Source: an uncultured Lentimicrobiaceae bacterium (GTDB lineage: Bacteria > Bacteroidota > Bacteroidia > Bacteroidales > SKPS01). Taken from it: a DNA stretch of 64,000 bases. Below, one piece after another: positions 47,103 to 56,919 of this stretch (position 1 is its first letter; each line of letters starts with the position of its first letter). The notes under the pieces were generated by a model. That model ran no database searches. It was not told the DNA's origin and was given only the letters and a program-made list of their open reading frames with translations. The DNA lies in NCBI GenBank assembly GCA_964652685.1, contig CAZZBS010000001.1, forward strand, positions 129,298 through 193,297, given 5' to 3'. The position numbers and the translations under genes were made by a program.

Positions 47103-47726
47103 TACATCGGGTGCATGTAACTGAAGCGTCAGGCTAAACCTCAGGCCTGTTGGCGCATGGATCCTGTCGAGGTTGTAAAGGGAAACAAAATAGTCAAAAT
47201 CAACCTTAACGCTGTAAAAGGCAGCCTGTTTTATCCAGAAGTTGATACCGACAAAGGAATGGATCCCTTTTCCGTTATGGAAAAAAATGCCCGGGACCGG
47301 TTGCCCGTTGATATCAAAAACAAGCAGTTCCTTAAGGTTCATACCTCCGTATCCGGCCCCTCCTCCAACGAACAGGCCCGACTTCCCATTGGTCACAGAC
47401 CTGTAACCGGCCGCTTCAACCTGATAGGCATCAATGTCACCGAAGAAGAATCGCCCTCTTAGTTCAAGTATCAATTCGTAATTGCTCCAGGAAGAGGAAA
47501 CCGTGAAACCGGGGAACAATTTCTGGTCAACAAGGGAGGTAAAAATGGTTGATGTGGAGACACCCATTCCGAATCTGAGCACAGAAGCATCACCACCAAG
47601 GGGATAGACAAACTGCTTTACGGGATAAACGGCCTGCCGGCTGTTTATGGCAATACGAGCAGCCAGAGCCGGTTCTGCCAGGCATATCATCCAGATGGCA
47701 CCGATCAGGCAGATGACTTTTCTCAT
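47094..47726 (-). CDS. putative outer-membrane beta-barrel protein
   Basis: Trimmed to ATG 47726 (MRKVICLIGAIWMICLAEPALA, a signal peptide). A TATTTTTG box at 47785-47792 lies too close to ATG 47780 to serve it. The sequence has a Gly/aromatic-rich alternating pattern and ends in F. Confidence 0.5.
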   Translation of the reverse strand: MRKVICLIGAIWMICLAEPALAARIAINSRQAVYPVKQFVYPLGGDASVLRFGMGVSTSTIFTSLVDQKLFPGFTVSSSWSNYELILELRGRFFFGDIDAYQVEAAGYRSVTNGKSGLFVGGGAGYGGMNLKELLVFDINGQPVPGIFFHNGKGIHSFVGINFWIKQAAFYSVKVDFDYFVSLYNLDRIHAPTGLRFSLTLQLHAPDVLF

Positions 47727-47784
47727 AAACAGATTCGTGGCATTACAAGGATGGATGAGGCTGTGATCACACCAGTCCATAATG

Positions 47785-47792
47785 CAAAAATA
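47785..47792 (-). promoter_or_regulatory. -7 box TATTTTTG upstream of beta-barrel protein gene
   Basis: Exact match on the minus strand, 58 nt upstream of ATG 47726. Confidence 0.4.
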
Positions 47793-47840
47793 ATCAATAT
47801 AAAGCTTGAAACGGGAAAACAGGATCAGGGTTTCATGATG

Positions 47841-48933
47841 TTACCTGCTGCTTCCGAATTCCATCAGGAAAGCTTTGATAAAGGGATCGAGTTCTCCGTC
47901 CATGACTGCGGTTACATTGGCTGTTTCCAGACCTGTCCTGAGGTCTTTGACCATCTTGTAAGGGTGCATAACGTAGGAGCGGATCTGTGATCCCCATTCA
48001 ATCTTTTTCTTATTGCCTTCAATGGCGGCTTGCGCTTCTTTCTTTTTCCTGAGTTCAATCTCATACAACTGAGATCTCAACATCTGTATGGCCTTTTCAC
48101 GGTTCTGAAGTTGTGAGCGTGTTTCCTGACATTCGACAATGATGCCCGAGGGAGCATGTCTCAAGCGAACCGCAGTCTCCACCTTATTTACATTCTGGCC
48201 GCCCGGGCCTGAACTGCGGAAGGTATCCCAGGTAATATCAACCGGATTGATATCAATGTCGATGTTATCGTCAACGACTGGATACGCATAGACGGAAGCA
48301 AAAGAGGTATGCCTTTTATTGGCCGCATCGAAAGGTGACAAACGGACAAGGCGATGCACCCCGTTTTCCCCTTTCAGGTTGCCAAAGGAATATTCACCAT
48401 CGAACTCAATGGTGACCTGTTTAATACCAGCCACATCGCCATCCTGCTTATCCACGATGGTAGTCCTGATATTATGGCGTTCGCCCCAACGAAGGTACAT
48501 CCGCATGAGCATCTCGGCCCAATCCTGGCTTTCGGTGCCACCAGCCCCGGAATTGATCTGCAGCATCGCAGCAAGCTTGTCCTCCTCGGCACTCAGCATA
48601 TTCATGAACTCAAGTTCATCAATCTCGCTCCGGATCACCTCAAACTGTACATCCAGGTCTTTCTCTTCAGCTTCTCCCGCTTCAAAAAAATCCCATACAA
48701 CTTCAAAATCATCCCAGGCTGACATAGCTTTGCTGTAAGCATCCGTCCATCGCTTCAGCGGTTTGACCTGTTTCAGGATTTTCTCTGCTTCAACAGGATC
48801 GTTCCAAAAATCGGGTGTACGCGTAACCTCCTCCAGCAGTGCTATCTGTGCCAGTTTCTTATCAATGTCAAAGATACCTCCTCAAGGCCAGGAGCCTCTC
48901 ATGATAATCCTTTTTCTGTTCCGGTGAAATCAT
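47841..48933 (-). CDS. prfB: peptide chain release factor 2, requires programmed +1 frameshift
   Basis: ORF0 runs 48933..48871 ([21 protein letters not shown]) and ends at an in-frame TGA (48870-48868). The +1 frame from 48869 continues [15 protein letters not shown]... into the ORF-track ORF, which carries the SPF and GGQ motifs. Confidence 0.9.
48867..48882 (-). promoter_or_regulatory. prfB +1 frameshift cassette AGGAGG-TAT-CTT-TGA-C
   Basis: The minus strand reads AGGAGGTATCTTTGAC. This is a Shine-Dalgarno-like stimulator 3 nt before the slippery CTT and the TGA-C stop context, the same architecture as the classical E. coli prfB site. Confidence 0.9.
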
Positions 48934-48938
48934 CTTTC

Positions 48939-49421
48939 TTACTTATCTGTTTTTAATATTCTGTTCATTGCTTCCATGATGAGCTCCCTTTCATACCCTT
49001 TCGAAAGGGCAAAAGCGACAAGTTTCATCTGCCTGGTCCTTTTTTCGGTTTTCGTTGGAATCGTTGCATTCTTCTTCAGCAACAGCCTTCCCAGCTCTTC
49101 CATATAGTGTTGATCATCAATCTCTTCAAGCCCACTATTGATCCTATCAGGGCTGATCCCAAGTTGCTTCATATGCATCCTGATCTGTATACGTCCCCAA
49201 TGGTTCAGGTTGAACTTACCACGTACAAATGCCCGTGCAAACCGTTCTTCGTTAAGAAATCCTTCCCGTTCAAGGTCTTCCAGCACTGCCAGGATGTCTT
49301 TATTTTGTACTTTCCAACTCTTCAGCTTACTGGTCACCTGCCGTGTGCAACGCTCCTCCTGAGCACAATATTTCCGTGCTTTGGAAATGGCTTCCGCCAG
49401 TGTTAAAGGTTGAAGGGGCAT
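48939..49421 (-). CDS. recX: RecX-family regulatory protein
   Basis: 160 aa and all-helical, with repeated ~45-aa helical units and a YCAQEERCTRQV N-terminal region typical of RecX. Confidence 0.75.
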   Translation of the reverse strand: MPLQPLTLAEAISKARKYCAQEERCTRQVTSKLKSWKVQNKDILAVLEDLEREGFLNEERFARAFVRGKFNLNHWGRIQIRMHMKQLGISPDRINSGLEEIDDQHYMEELGRLLLKKNATIPTKTEKRTRQMKLVAFALSKGYERELIMEAMNRILKTDK

Positions 49422-49440
49422 ATCAATTCACAATGGTTTA

Positions 49441-50994
49441 TTACAGAAGACTGATTTCATCCTCCATCTTATTGAAAAAGTGGTATTCCATAAAATGGTA
49501 GGATGATACAGATTCCAGCCTGATCCATTTCCAGTATTTCCGGTACCATTTCCACCTGACTGAAAGAAGACCTTTTTTAAGATAGGCATAAATAAATGGG
49601 TGCACCGAAAGTTTCAACCACGCAATATTCTGTTCCCGGAGCAGGTAGCGAATGTTGTTTTCAATTTCATCGATGATCACGATACTGGCCCTGATTTCTC
49701 CCGAGCCACCACATGCCGGGCATTTCTCAAGGGTTTGCATAGCAATTTCAGGCCTTACACGCTGACGAGTGATCTGCACTAGTCCAAACTTGGTTGGAGG
49801 CAGGATCGTATGTTTAGCTTTATCTGCCTTCATGCCATCGCGCAGGCTATCAAACAGTTTCTTACGATGCTCGCGGCTTTGCATGTCGATGAAATCAACG
49901 ACAATAATCCCCCCCATATCCCTTAATCGTAACTGACGTGCGATCTCTACAGCTGCTTCAAGGTTGGTCTGAAAGGCATGGGCATCATGCTCTTCCCCTT
50001 TATTGGTACGGTGTCCTGAATTGACATCGATCACATGCATCGCCTCGGTATGTTCAATGATGAGATAGGAGCCCTCCTTCATTGAAACCTTCTTCCCAAA
50101 AGAGCTTTTGATTTGTATATCTATACCAAAATCCTCAAAGATGTTTTTTCTTCCCTTGTAAAGCCTTACGATATCACTCTTCTCCGGAACGATAGTTTTT
50201 ATATAGTTCTTCAATTCATCGTACAGTTCAACATTGTTCACATAAATACTGTTGAAAGTATCATTGACGATGTCCCTGACCATGCTGGAAGAACGGTCCA
50301 TTTCGCGGTGGATGACACATGGTGCTTTAGCCTGAAAGAGTTTCAGGGTTATCTTCTCCCATTTGGAGGTAAGGTCATTTAAATCCGCCACCAGTTCGGC
50401 TACCCGTTTATGTTCGGCCACTGTCCGGATAATCACCCCGTAGTTATTCGGTTTAATGCTGAGCAACAATCGTTTCAGGCGATTTCTCTCCTCAACGCTC
50501 CTGATTTTCTGGGAAACGGAAATTCTGTTGGAGAAGGGCACCAAAACCAGGTATCTTCCTGCAAGAGAGACTTCCGAGGTTATTTTGGGTCCTTTGGTAG
50601 AGATGGGCTCTTTGGCAATCTGCACCAGAACGGACTGATTGGGGCTCAGCACATTGCCCATTTTCCCCGACTTGTCAATGTCAGGTTCCAGGGTGAAGGT
50701 CTCGAGGAATTTTGGCTGGACTTTTCCCCCCATTGCCTGCTTGCCAAACCTGATCAGTGTCTTTACCTGCGGGCCAAGATCGAGATAATGGAGAAAGGCA
50801 TCTTTCCCCTGACCGACATCGACAAAAGCAGCATTTAATCCCGGATTGATTCTGCGTACTTTACCGAGATAAATATCCCCGACAGAATAACTCCTGTTAC
50901 TCGTCTCTTTATGAAGCTCCACCAACCGCTTCTCTTCAAGTAAGGCGATCCTTACTTCGGCCAGGGTAGCGTCAATCACAATTTCTTTACTCAC
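49441..50994 (-). CDS. rng: ribonuclease G/E family endoribonuclease
   Basis: N-terminal S1 domain (GDIYLGKVRRINPGLNAAFVDVG), a catalytic core with VVDFIDM, and a Zn-link CPACGGSG; 517 aa. Confidence 0.9.
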   Translation of the reverse strand: MSKEIVIDATLAEVRIALLEEKRLVELHKETSNRSYSVGDIYLGKVRRINPGLNAAFVDVGQGKDAFLHYLDLGPQVKTLIRFGKQAMGGKVQPKFLETFTLEPDIDKSGKMGNVLSPNQSVLVQIAKEPISTKGPKITSEVSLAGRYLVLVPFSNRISVSQKIRSVEERNRLKRLLLSIKPNNYGVIIRTVAEHKRVAELVADLNDLTSKWEKITLKLFQAKAPCVIHREMDRSSSMVRDIVNDTFNSIYVNNVELYDELKNYIKTIVPEKSDIVRLYKGRKNIFEDFGIDIQIKSSFGKKVSMKEGSYLIIEHTEAMHVIDVNSGHRTNKGEEHDAHAFQTNLEAAVEIARQLRLRDMGGIIVVDFIDMQSREHRKKLFDSLRDGMKADKAKHTILPPTKFGLVQITRQRVRPEIAMQTLEKCPACGGSGEIRASIVIIDEIENNIRYLLREQNIAWLKLSVHPFIYAYLKKGLLSVRWKWYRKYWKWIRLESVSSYHFMEYHFFNKMEDEISLL

Positions 50995-51177
50995 GTTCTG
51001 TCCCTCATGGGTTATTTTCCATCACAACTTCCTGCAACAAGAAAAGTGAAGCTGTCTGTAAACCCCGGAGCAATTATTCCTTCCTCAATGATACTCATAC
51101 AACCGTATGCGGCAAATACTTCCGACGGTCATTTCACCCCAATGAAAATACTTATTGTATGTCAAAGAATACTGACA

Positions 51178-51267
51178 CTATCTCTTCTTGTGCCTGTTCT
51201 TTCTTAAGCGTTTTTTACGCTTATGGGTTGCCATCTTATGTCTCTTCCGCTTCTTTCCGCTTGGCAT
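51178..51267 (-). CDS. 29-aa ultra-basic peptide, probable small ribosomal protein (bS22 / AURKAIP1-mS38-like)
   Basis: Below the ORF-track size cutoff. ATG 51267 to TAG 51178 encodes MPSGKKRKRHKMATHKRKKRLRKNRHKKR (17 K/R plus 3 H out of 29). It starts 25 nt downstream of the HU gene on the same strand. Confidence 0.6.
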   Translation of the reverse strand: MPSGKKRKRHKMATHKRKKRLRKNRHKKR

Positions 51268-51292
51268 GACCTGGTTTTTTGATTTTCAACAA

Positions 51293-51577
51293 CTATTTAA
51301 CGCTGCTTTTAACTTTGTTGATGAAGGTTTTAGCAGGTTTGAACGCCGGGATGTTGTGCGCAGGAATAATGATGGTGGTGTTTTTGGAAATATTCCTTCC
51401 GGTTTTTTTGGCCCTTTTCTTTACGATGAAGCTGCCAAAGCCCCTTAAATAAACATTTTCCCCTGATGCAAGGGAAGCTTTCACTGATTCCATAAAGGAC
51501 TCAACGGTTGCCTGTACAGCGACCTTTTCAATTCCTGTTTTGCCTGCAATTTCGGCTACAATTTCTGCTTTTGTCAT
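51293..51577 (-). CDS. hup: HU-family DNA-binding protein
   Basis: MTKAEIVAEIAGKTGI...YLRGFGSF...KKTGRNISKNTTIIIPAHNIPAFKP is the HU/IHF signature; 94 aa. Confidence 0.9.
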   Translation of the reverse strand: MTKAEIVAEIAGKTGIEKVAVQATVESFMESVKASLASGENVYLRGFGSFIVKKRAKKTGRNISKNTTIIIPAHNIPAFKPAKTFINKVKSSVK

Positions 51578-51628
51578 AATTGCTTCAGTTTTTATTGTTA
51601 ATAGACTGTTTTATTTAATTTAGGGCAG

Positions 51629-51636
51629 CAAAGATA
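51629..51636 (-). promoter_or_regulatory. -7 box TATCTTTG upstream of HU gene
   Basis: Exact match on the minus strand, 51 nt upstream of ATG 51577. Confidence 0.4.
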
Positions 51637-51709
51637 GATTTATTTTTCATTATTTGAAACACCGGGAAAAAATTTTTAACGTAAATTCTTAAAAATTAAA
51701 ATTTTGAAT

Positions 51710-52783
51710 ATGGCCGATCACCCGGATATCCTGCAAAGATGGTACAATGAGCACCGGCGGCTGCTTCCCTGGAGGGAAACAAGGGATCCATACAGGATCT
51801 GGGTATCAGAGATCATTCTACAACAAACCCGCATCAGCCAGGGCACTACATATTATTATGCATTCCTGTCCCGTTTCCCGGATGTTTCAGCCCTTGCTGC
51901 CTCTTCCATTGATGATGTGCTGCTGGTTTGGGAGGGACTGGGATATTACCGGCGTGCCCTCAACATGCACAAAGCTGCCATTATCGTTACAGAGATTTTC
52001 AGTGGTCACTTTCCTTCATCTTACCATGACCTGATCACACTACCTGGTATCGGTGACTATACGGCCAGCGCTATCTCCTCCATCTGTGCCGGAGAAGTTC
52101 GCCCGGCCATTGACGGCAATGTGAAACGGTTTATAAGCAGGCTGGGGAACATCCTGCACCATCCCGATAGTCCGGAGGGCAAAGATGAGATCAGGCAGTA
52201 TGCTCTGCAAATGATTGCATCCAGGGATCCTGGTGAGATGAACCAGGCCATGATGGAATTCGGGGCGCTGCAGTGCATCGCCGGTACACCCGATTGTAGT
52301 CTTTGTCCGTTCCACGATTGCCTTGCTCTTCAACATAATACGGTGCAGTTTATCCCTGTCCGGAAAGAGAAGAAAGATCTGCGTAAAAGGTATTTCAACT
52401 ATTTCGTTTTCAGCTGGCCGGAGAAAGATACCCTGATGTTCCTTGTGAAAAAACGCCAGGAGAATGATATCTGGGCAGGCTTACATGATTTTCCCTGTCA
52501 TGAAACAGAGGTGCCTGTGCAGGACACAGAAGCGCTGCTTGACACCGCCGGTTCCTGGTGCAACATTCCGGAAAATGGTTACACATATTTCCGTTCAATC
52601 CCTTATTCACATATGCTGACCCATCAGATCCTTCATACTGTTTTTCACCTTATCCGGTTAAACAAGGAACCCGAACGTATTCACCAGCAACTTCAAAAAG
52701 TGACATTACACGCATTCAACCGAATGGCCAAACCCCAACTGATCCGAAGATATATTGAGGATACCCTGACCACTTTGCGTTAG
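51710..52783 (+). CDS. mutY: A/G-specific adenine DNA glycosylase MutY
   Basis: ATG 51710 preferred over TTG 51704. HhH motif LPGIGDYTA, Fe-S Cys cluster CIAGTPDCSLCPFHDC, and a C-terminal NUDIX-like domain. Confidence 0.9.
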   Translation: MADHPDILQRWYNEHRRLLPWRETRDPYRIWVSEIILQQTRISQGTTYYYAFLSRFPDVSALAASSIDDVLLVWEGLGYYRRALNMHKAAIIVTEIFSGHFPSSYHDLITLPGIGDYTASAISSICAGEVRPAIDGNVKRFISRLGNILHHPDSPEGKDEIRQYALQMIASRDPGEMNQAMMEFGALQCIAGTPDCSLCPFHDCLALQHNTVQFIPVRKEKKDLRKRYFNYFVFSWPEKDTLMFLVKKRQENDIWAGLHDFPCHETEVPVQDTEALLDTAGSWCNIPENGYTYFRSIPYSHMLTHQILHTVFHLIRLNKEPERIHQQLQKVTLHAFNRMAKPQLIRRYIEDTLTTLR

Positions 52784-52796
52784 TACCGGATTGTTG

Positions 52797-52804
52797 TAAT
52801 TTTG
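52797..52804 (+). promoter_or_regulatory. -7 box TAATTTTG upstream of mutA
   Basis: Exact match, 53 nt upstream of ATG 52858. Confidence 0.4.
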
Positions 52805-52857
52805 CCTCCTGAAAACAATACAAAACTTTCAGCAGGAAAAATGCATATATCATTGTT

Positions 52858-54726
52858 ATGAATGTAAAAGAAACCGATAAGAAACTATTCCCGGAATTTC
52901 CGCCGATACCGACTGTGACGTGGGAAAAGCAGATCCAGGCTGATCTGAAAGGTGCAGATTATGAGAAAAAACTGATATGGAAGACCCAGGACGGATTGAA
53001 GATCAGGCCTTATTACCGGGCTGAAGACCTTGAACACCTCACCTACCTGCATGCACATCCCGGGGAATTCCCCTTTGTAAGAGGAACGCGATCCGATGAT
53101 AACCATTGGGAAATAAGGCAGGATATTGAGACGGATGATCTTCGTCTTGCCAATACTATTGCTGTGGAGGCAGTTGAGAGAGGTGCTGAAGGGATTGGCT
53201 TAAATGTCAAGGAAATAAGATCGGAAAAGGAACTTGGTATTATATTGAACAACATTGATACCCGGAAGATATCGTTACACTTCAAAAAGGCCAGGGAATA
53301 CCCTTTCATATCGGAGTTGTTCATCCGCATGATGAAACAAAGAGGTATAGATGCACAAGACCTGAAAGGATCGCTGGGTTTTGATCCTTTCAGCTATTAC
53401 CTTTTACATGGATCCTGGTACAACAGTTTGGAAGATAACCTCAATGAAGCGGTTTACCTTGTGAACCTCATGGCTTCATCATTACCCGGATTCAGAACAA
53501 TCCATGTCAGCGGGAATATCTTCGAACATGCAGGGGCGACCATTGCACAGGAACTTGCCTATACCCTGGCATCGGGCCATGAATACCTCTACCGGCTGAC
53601 ACAAAAGGGATTATCGGTAGACCAGGTGGCCGGCAACATCCATTTCACCTTTGCTGTCGGATCAAATTATTTCCTTGAAATTGCAAAGATCAGGGCAGCC
53701 AGGTTGCTATGGGCAAACATTGTAGCAGAATATACACCGACTCATCCTGTATCTGCAGCCATGCACATACATGGAACCACTGCCCTGTGGAATAAAACTG
53801 TTTACGACCCTTACGTGAACATGCTGCGGGTAACCACCGAAGCCATGGCAGCCGCCATGGCTGGCTGCAACAGTATCTCCGTACATCCTTTTGATATCGC
53901 TTATAGCATCCCTGACCGGTTTTCAAGTCGTATCGCCCGGAACACACAGATCATCCTCAAAGAGGAATCCTATCTTGATAAAATTGTTGATCCGGCTGCA
54001 GGCTCATATTATATTGAAAACCTGACTGACATTCTTGCATCAGCTGCATGGGAACTGTTCCTGCAGGTGGAAGCGGAGGGGGGATTCCTCAAAGCGGCAG
54101 AAAGCGGGTACCTGCGGACGAAGATTGAAGGTGCCGCCTCGCAGCGTCTTCTGGAAATTGGAAGACGATCATCCATCATTCTGGGTACGAACCAGTATCC
54201 GAACGGCAATGAAACCATGCTGGACAAGATAACCGGGCCTGTTATGAAGGAATATCCCGGGCTGAAGCTTTGCCGTGGTGCCATGCCTTTCGAGGCACTG
54301 AGACTTGCAACGGAACGGCATGTAACTGCCGGTAACAGGCGTCCCCTGGTTTTTCTGTTCAATACCGGCAACCTTGCCATGCGCAAAGCGAGAGCAGCTT
54401 TCTCGGTCAATTTCTTCGGCTGCAGCGGCTATGAGATCATTGATCCACCCGGATTCGCCATGGTAGATGAAGGGGTAAAAGCAGCTGCACAATCGGGAGC
54501 AGACCTGGTGGTCATCTGCAGTTCGGATGAGGAGTATGCCACCCTGGGGACAGAGGCAGCCGAAAAACTGAAAAAAGATAACCCCAACCGCCCGGTGATC
54601 ATCGCAGGCAACCCTGTTGACCTGGTTGAGAAACTCAAAGAGGCAGGTGTTGACGATTTCATCCATATCAGAACGAATGTAATTGAATCGTTGCAGCAGT
54701 TCAGTAAAAGGTTAGGTATTGTTTAA
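52858..54726 (+). CDS. mutA: methylmalonyl-CoA mutase small (beta) subunit
   Basis: Mutase-fold protein ([24 protein letters not shown]) whose C-terminal domain lacks the DxHxxG B12-binding loop. It lies directly upstream of the large subunit. Confidence 0.85.
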   Translation: MNVKETDKKLFPEFPPIPTVTWEKQIQADLKGADYEKKLIWKTQDGLKIRPYYRAEDLEHLTYLHAHPGEFPFVRGTRSDDNHWEIRQDIETDDLRLANTIAVEAVERGAEGIGLNVKEIRSEKELGIILNNIDTRKISLHFKKAREYPFISELFIRMMKQRGIDAQDLKGSLGFDPFSYYLLHGSWYNSLEDNLNEAVYLVNLMASSLPGFRTIHVSGNIFEHAGATIAQELAYTLASGHEYLYRLTQKGLSVDQVAGNIHFTFAVGSNYFLEIAKIRAARLLWANIVAEYTPTHPVSAAMHIHGTTALWNKTVYDPYVNMLRVTTEAMAAAMAGCNSISVHPFDIAYSIPDRFSSRIARNTQIILKEESYLDKIVDPAAGSYYIENLTDILASAAWELFLQVEAEGGFLKAAESGYLRTKIEGAASQRLLEIGRRSSIILGTNQYPNGNETMLDKITGPVMKEYPGLKLCRGAMPFEALRLATERHVTAGNRRPLVFLFNTGNLAMRKARAAFSVNFFGCSGYEIIDPPGFAMVDEGVKAAAQSGADLVVICSSDEEYATLGTEAAEKLKKDNPNRPVIIAGNPVDLVEKLKEAGVDDFIHIRTNVIESLQQFSKRLGIV

Positions 54727-54750
54727 CATGGAAATAAACAAACGAAATAT

Positions 54751-56901
54751 ATGAGACCTGATTTTTCGAAGACAGATTTCAGAAAGAGGAGCAAAACGGA
54801 GGCATTCAGGGAAAGGGAAGCTGCCCATGGCATCAGTAAAACCTGGATCACCCCTGAGCAGATCCCTGTCAAACCGGTCTATGGTGCCGAAGACCTGGAG
54901 GGGATGGAACATCTGCACTATGCTGCGGGTATCCCTCCATTTCTGAGAGGCCCTTATGCCACCATGTATGTACAGCGCACATGGACCATCAGGCAGTATG
55001 CCGGCTTTTCGACGGCAGAGGAGTCCAATGCCTTCTACCGCCGCAACCTGGCTGCCGGTCAGAAAGGATTATCCATTGCCTTTGACCTGGCCACACACCG
55101 GGGATATGATTCTGACCATGAAAGGGTTGTAGGTGATGTAGGTAAAGCGGGCGTTGCCGTAGACAGTATACTTGATATGAAGATCCTCTTCGACCAGATT
55201 CCCCTTGACAAGATGTCGGTGTCGATGACGATGAATGGAGCCGTACTGCCTGTCCTAGCTTTTTATATCGTGGCAGCAGAGGAGCAGGGTGTCCGGCCTG
55301 AATTGCTGACAGGCACCATTCAGAACGATATCCTGAAAGAATTTATGGTGCGCAATACCTATATATATCCACCGGAGCCTTCCATGAAGATTATTGCCGA
55401 TATCTTCGCTTACACATCCAGGCACATGCCCAAATTTAACTCCATCAGCATCAGCGGATACCACATGCAGGAGGCGGGAGCTACCGCAGACATCGAGATG
55501 GCCTATACCCTTGCCGACGGGCTGGAATACCTGCGTACCGGTGTCAATGCCGGGATGGATATCGATACTTTTGCGCCCAGGCTCTCCTTTTTCTGGGGGG
55601 TGGGGATGAACCATTTCATGGAGATAGCCAAGATGCGGGCAGCGCGGATGATCTGGGCCAAGTTGGTCAATCAGTTCAATCCAAAGAACCCAAAATCGCT
55701 GGCACTGCGGACCCATTGCCAGACTTCGGGCTGGTCGCTCACGGAACAGGATCCTTTCAACAATGTAACCCGCACCTGCATCGAAGCCCTCGGAGCAGCC
55801 CTGGGGCATACACAGTCGCTGCACACCAACGCCCTTGACGAAGCAATTGCGCTGCCCACTGACTTCTCAGCAAGGATTGCCCGGAACACACAGATCTATC
55901 TGCAGGAGGAGACCAACATCTGCAAAGCGGTTGACCCTTGGGCAGGTTCGTATTACGTTGAAGCACTGACTCATGAGTTAGCCTCAAAGGCATGGGCTCT
56001 CATTGAGGAGGTGGAAGCACTGGGTGGAATGGCCAGAGCCATCGAAACAGGGATTCCAAAGATGCGGATCGAAGAGGCAGCTGCCCGCAAACAGGCACGC
56101 ATCGACTCCAGAAGGGATATAATCGTTGGTGTAAACAAATACAGACTCCCAAAAGAAGAGCCACTGGAAATCCTTGAGGTTGACAACACAGCGGTCAGGG
56201 AAGCTCAAATTGCCCGGCTCAGTCAACTTCGTGAACAACGCAACGAAACAGAGGTGACAGCCGCCCTTGAGGGTATCACCCATGCCTGCCGGACCAACAA
56301 AGGGAACCTACTGGAACTTGCTGTCGATGCAGCCCGAAAAAGGGCAAGCCTGGGAGAGATCTCCATGGCCTGTGAAAAAGTATATGGGCGGTACAAGGCT
56401 GTCATCAGGACGATTTCGGGGGTATATTCATCTGAAACAGAAGAAGACATGAGATTTCAAAAAGCAAAAGAGATGGCCGATGAGTTCGCCCGTCTTGAAG
56501 GAAGAAGGCCCAGGATCATGATTGCAAAGATGGGTCAGGATGGACACGACCGGGGTGCCAAAGTAGTCGCTACCGGTTATGCTGATATCGGATTTGACGT
56601 GGATATAGGCCCTCTGTTCCAGACGCCTGCCGAAGCAGCAAGACAGGCCGTGGAAAATGATGTGCACATCCTTGGGGTTTCAAGCCTTGCAGCGGGCCAT
56701 AAAACTCTTGTTCCCCAAGTGATTGAGGAACTTAAAAAACTAGGGAGGGATGATATCATGGTGATTGTCGGAGGTGTCATCCCCCATCAGGATTATGATT
56801 TTCTGTATCAAGCAGGAGCTGTTGCCGTGTTCGGCCCTGGTACCGTCATCGCGGATGCTGCCATCAAGATCCTCGAAATCATGATTGCCTCAAGAAAATA
56901 A
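54751..56901 (+). CDS. mutB: methylmalonyl-CoA mutase large (alpha) subunit
   Basis: [41 protein letters not shown], and the B12-binding loop [11 protein letters not shown]; 716 aa. Confidence 0.95.
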   Translation: MRPDFSKTDFRKRSKTEAFREREAAHGISKTWITPEQIPVKPVYGAEDLEGMEHLHYAAGIPPFLRGPYATMYVQRTWTIRQYAGFSTAEESNAFYRRNLAAGQKGLSIAFDLATHRGYDSDHERVVGDVGKAGVAVDSILDMKILFDQIPLDKMSVSMTMNGAVLPVLAFYIVAAEEQGVRPELLTGTIQNDILKEFMVRNTYIYPPEPSMKIIADIFAYTSRHMPKFNSISISGYHMQEAGATADIEMAYTLADGLEYLRTGVNAGMDIDTFAPRLSFFWGVGMNHFMEIAKMRAARMIWAKLVNQFNPKNPKSLALRTHCQTSGWSLTEQDPFNNVTRTCIEALGAALGHTQSLHTNALDEAIALPTDFSARIARNTQIYLQEETNICKAVDPWAGSYYVEALTHELASKAWALIEEVEALGGMARAIETGIPKMRIEEAAARKQARIDSRRDIIVGVNKYRLPKEEPLEILEVDNTAVREAQIARLSQLREQRNETEVTAALEGITHACRTNKGNLLELAVDAARKRASLGEISMACEKVYGRYKAVIRTISGVYSSETEEDMRFQKAKEMADEFARLEGRRPRIMIAKMGQDGHDRGAKVVATGYADIGFDVDIGPLFQTPAEAARQAVENDVHILGVSSLAAGHKTLVPQVIEELKKLGRDDIMVIVGGVIPHQDYDFLYQAGAVAVFGPGTVIADAAIKILEIMIASRK

Positions 56902-56919
56902 TCCGGCGACCATTACCCA

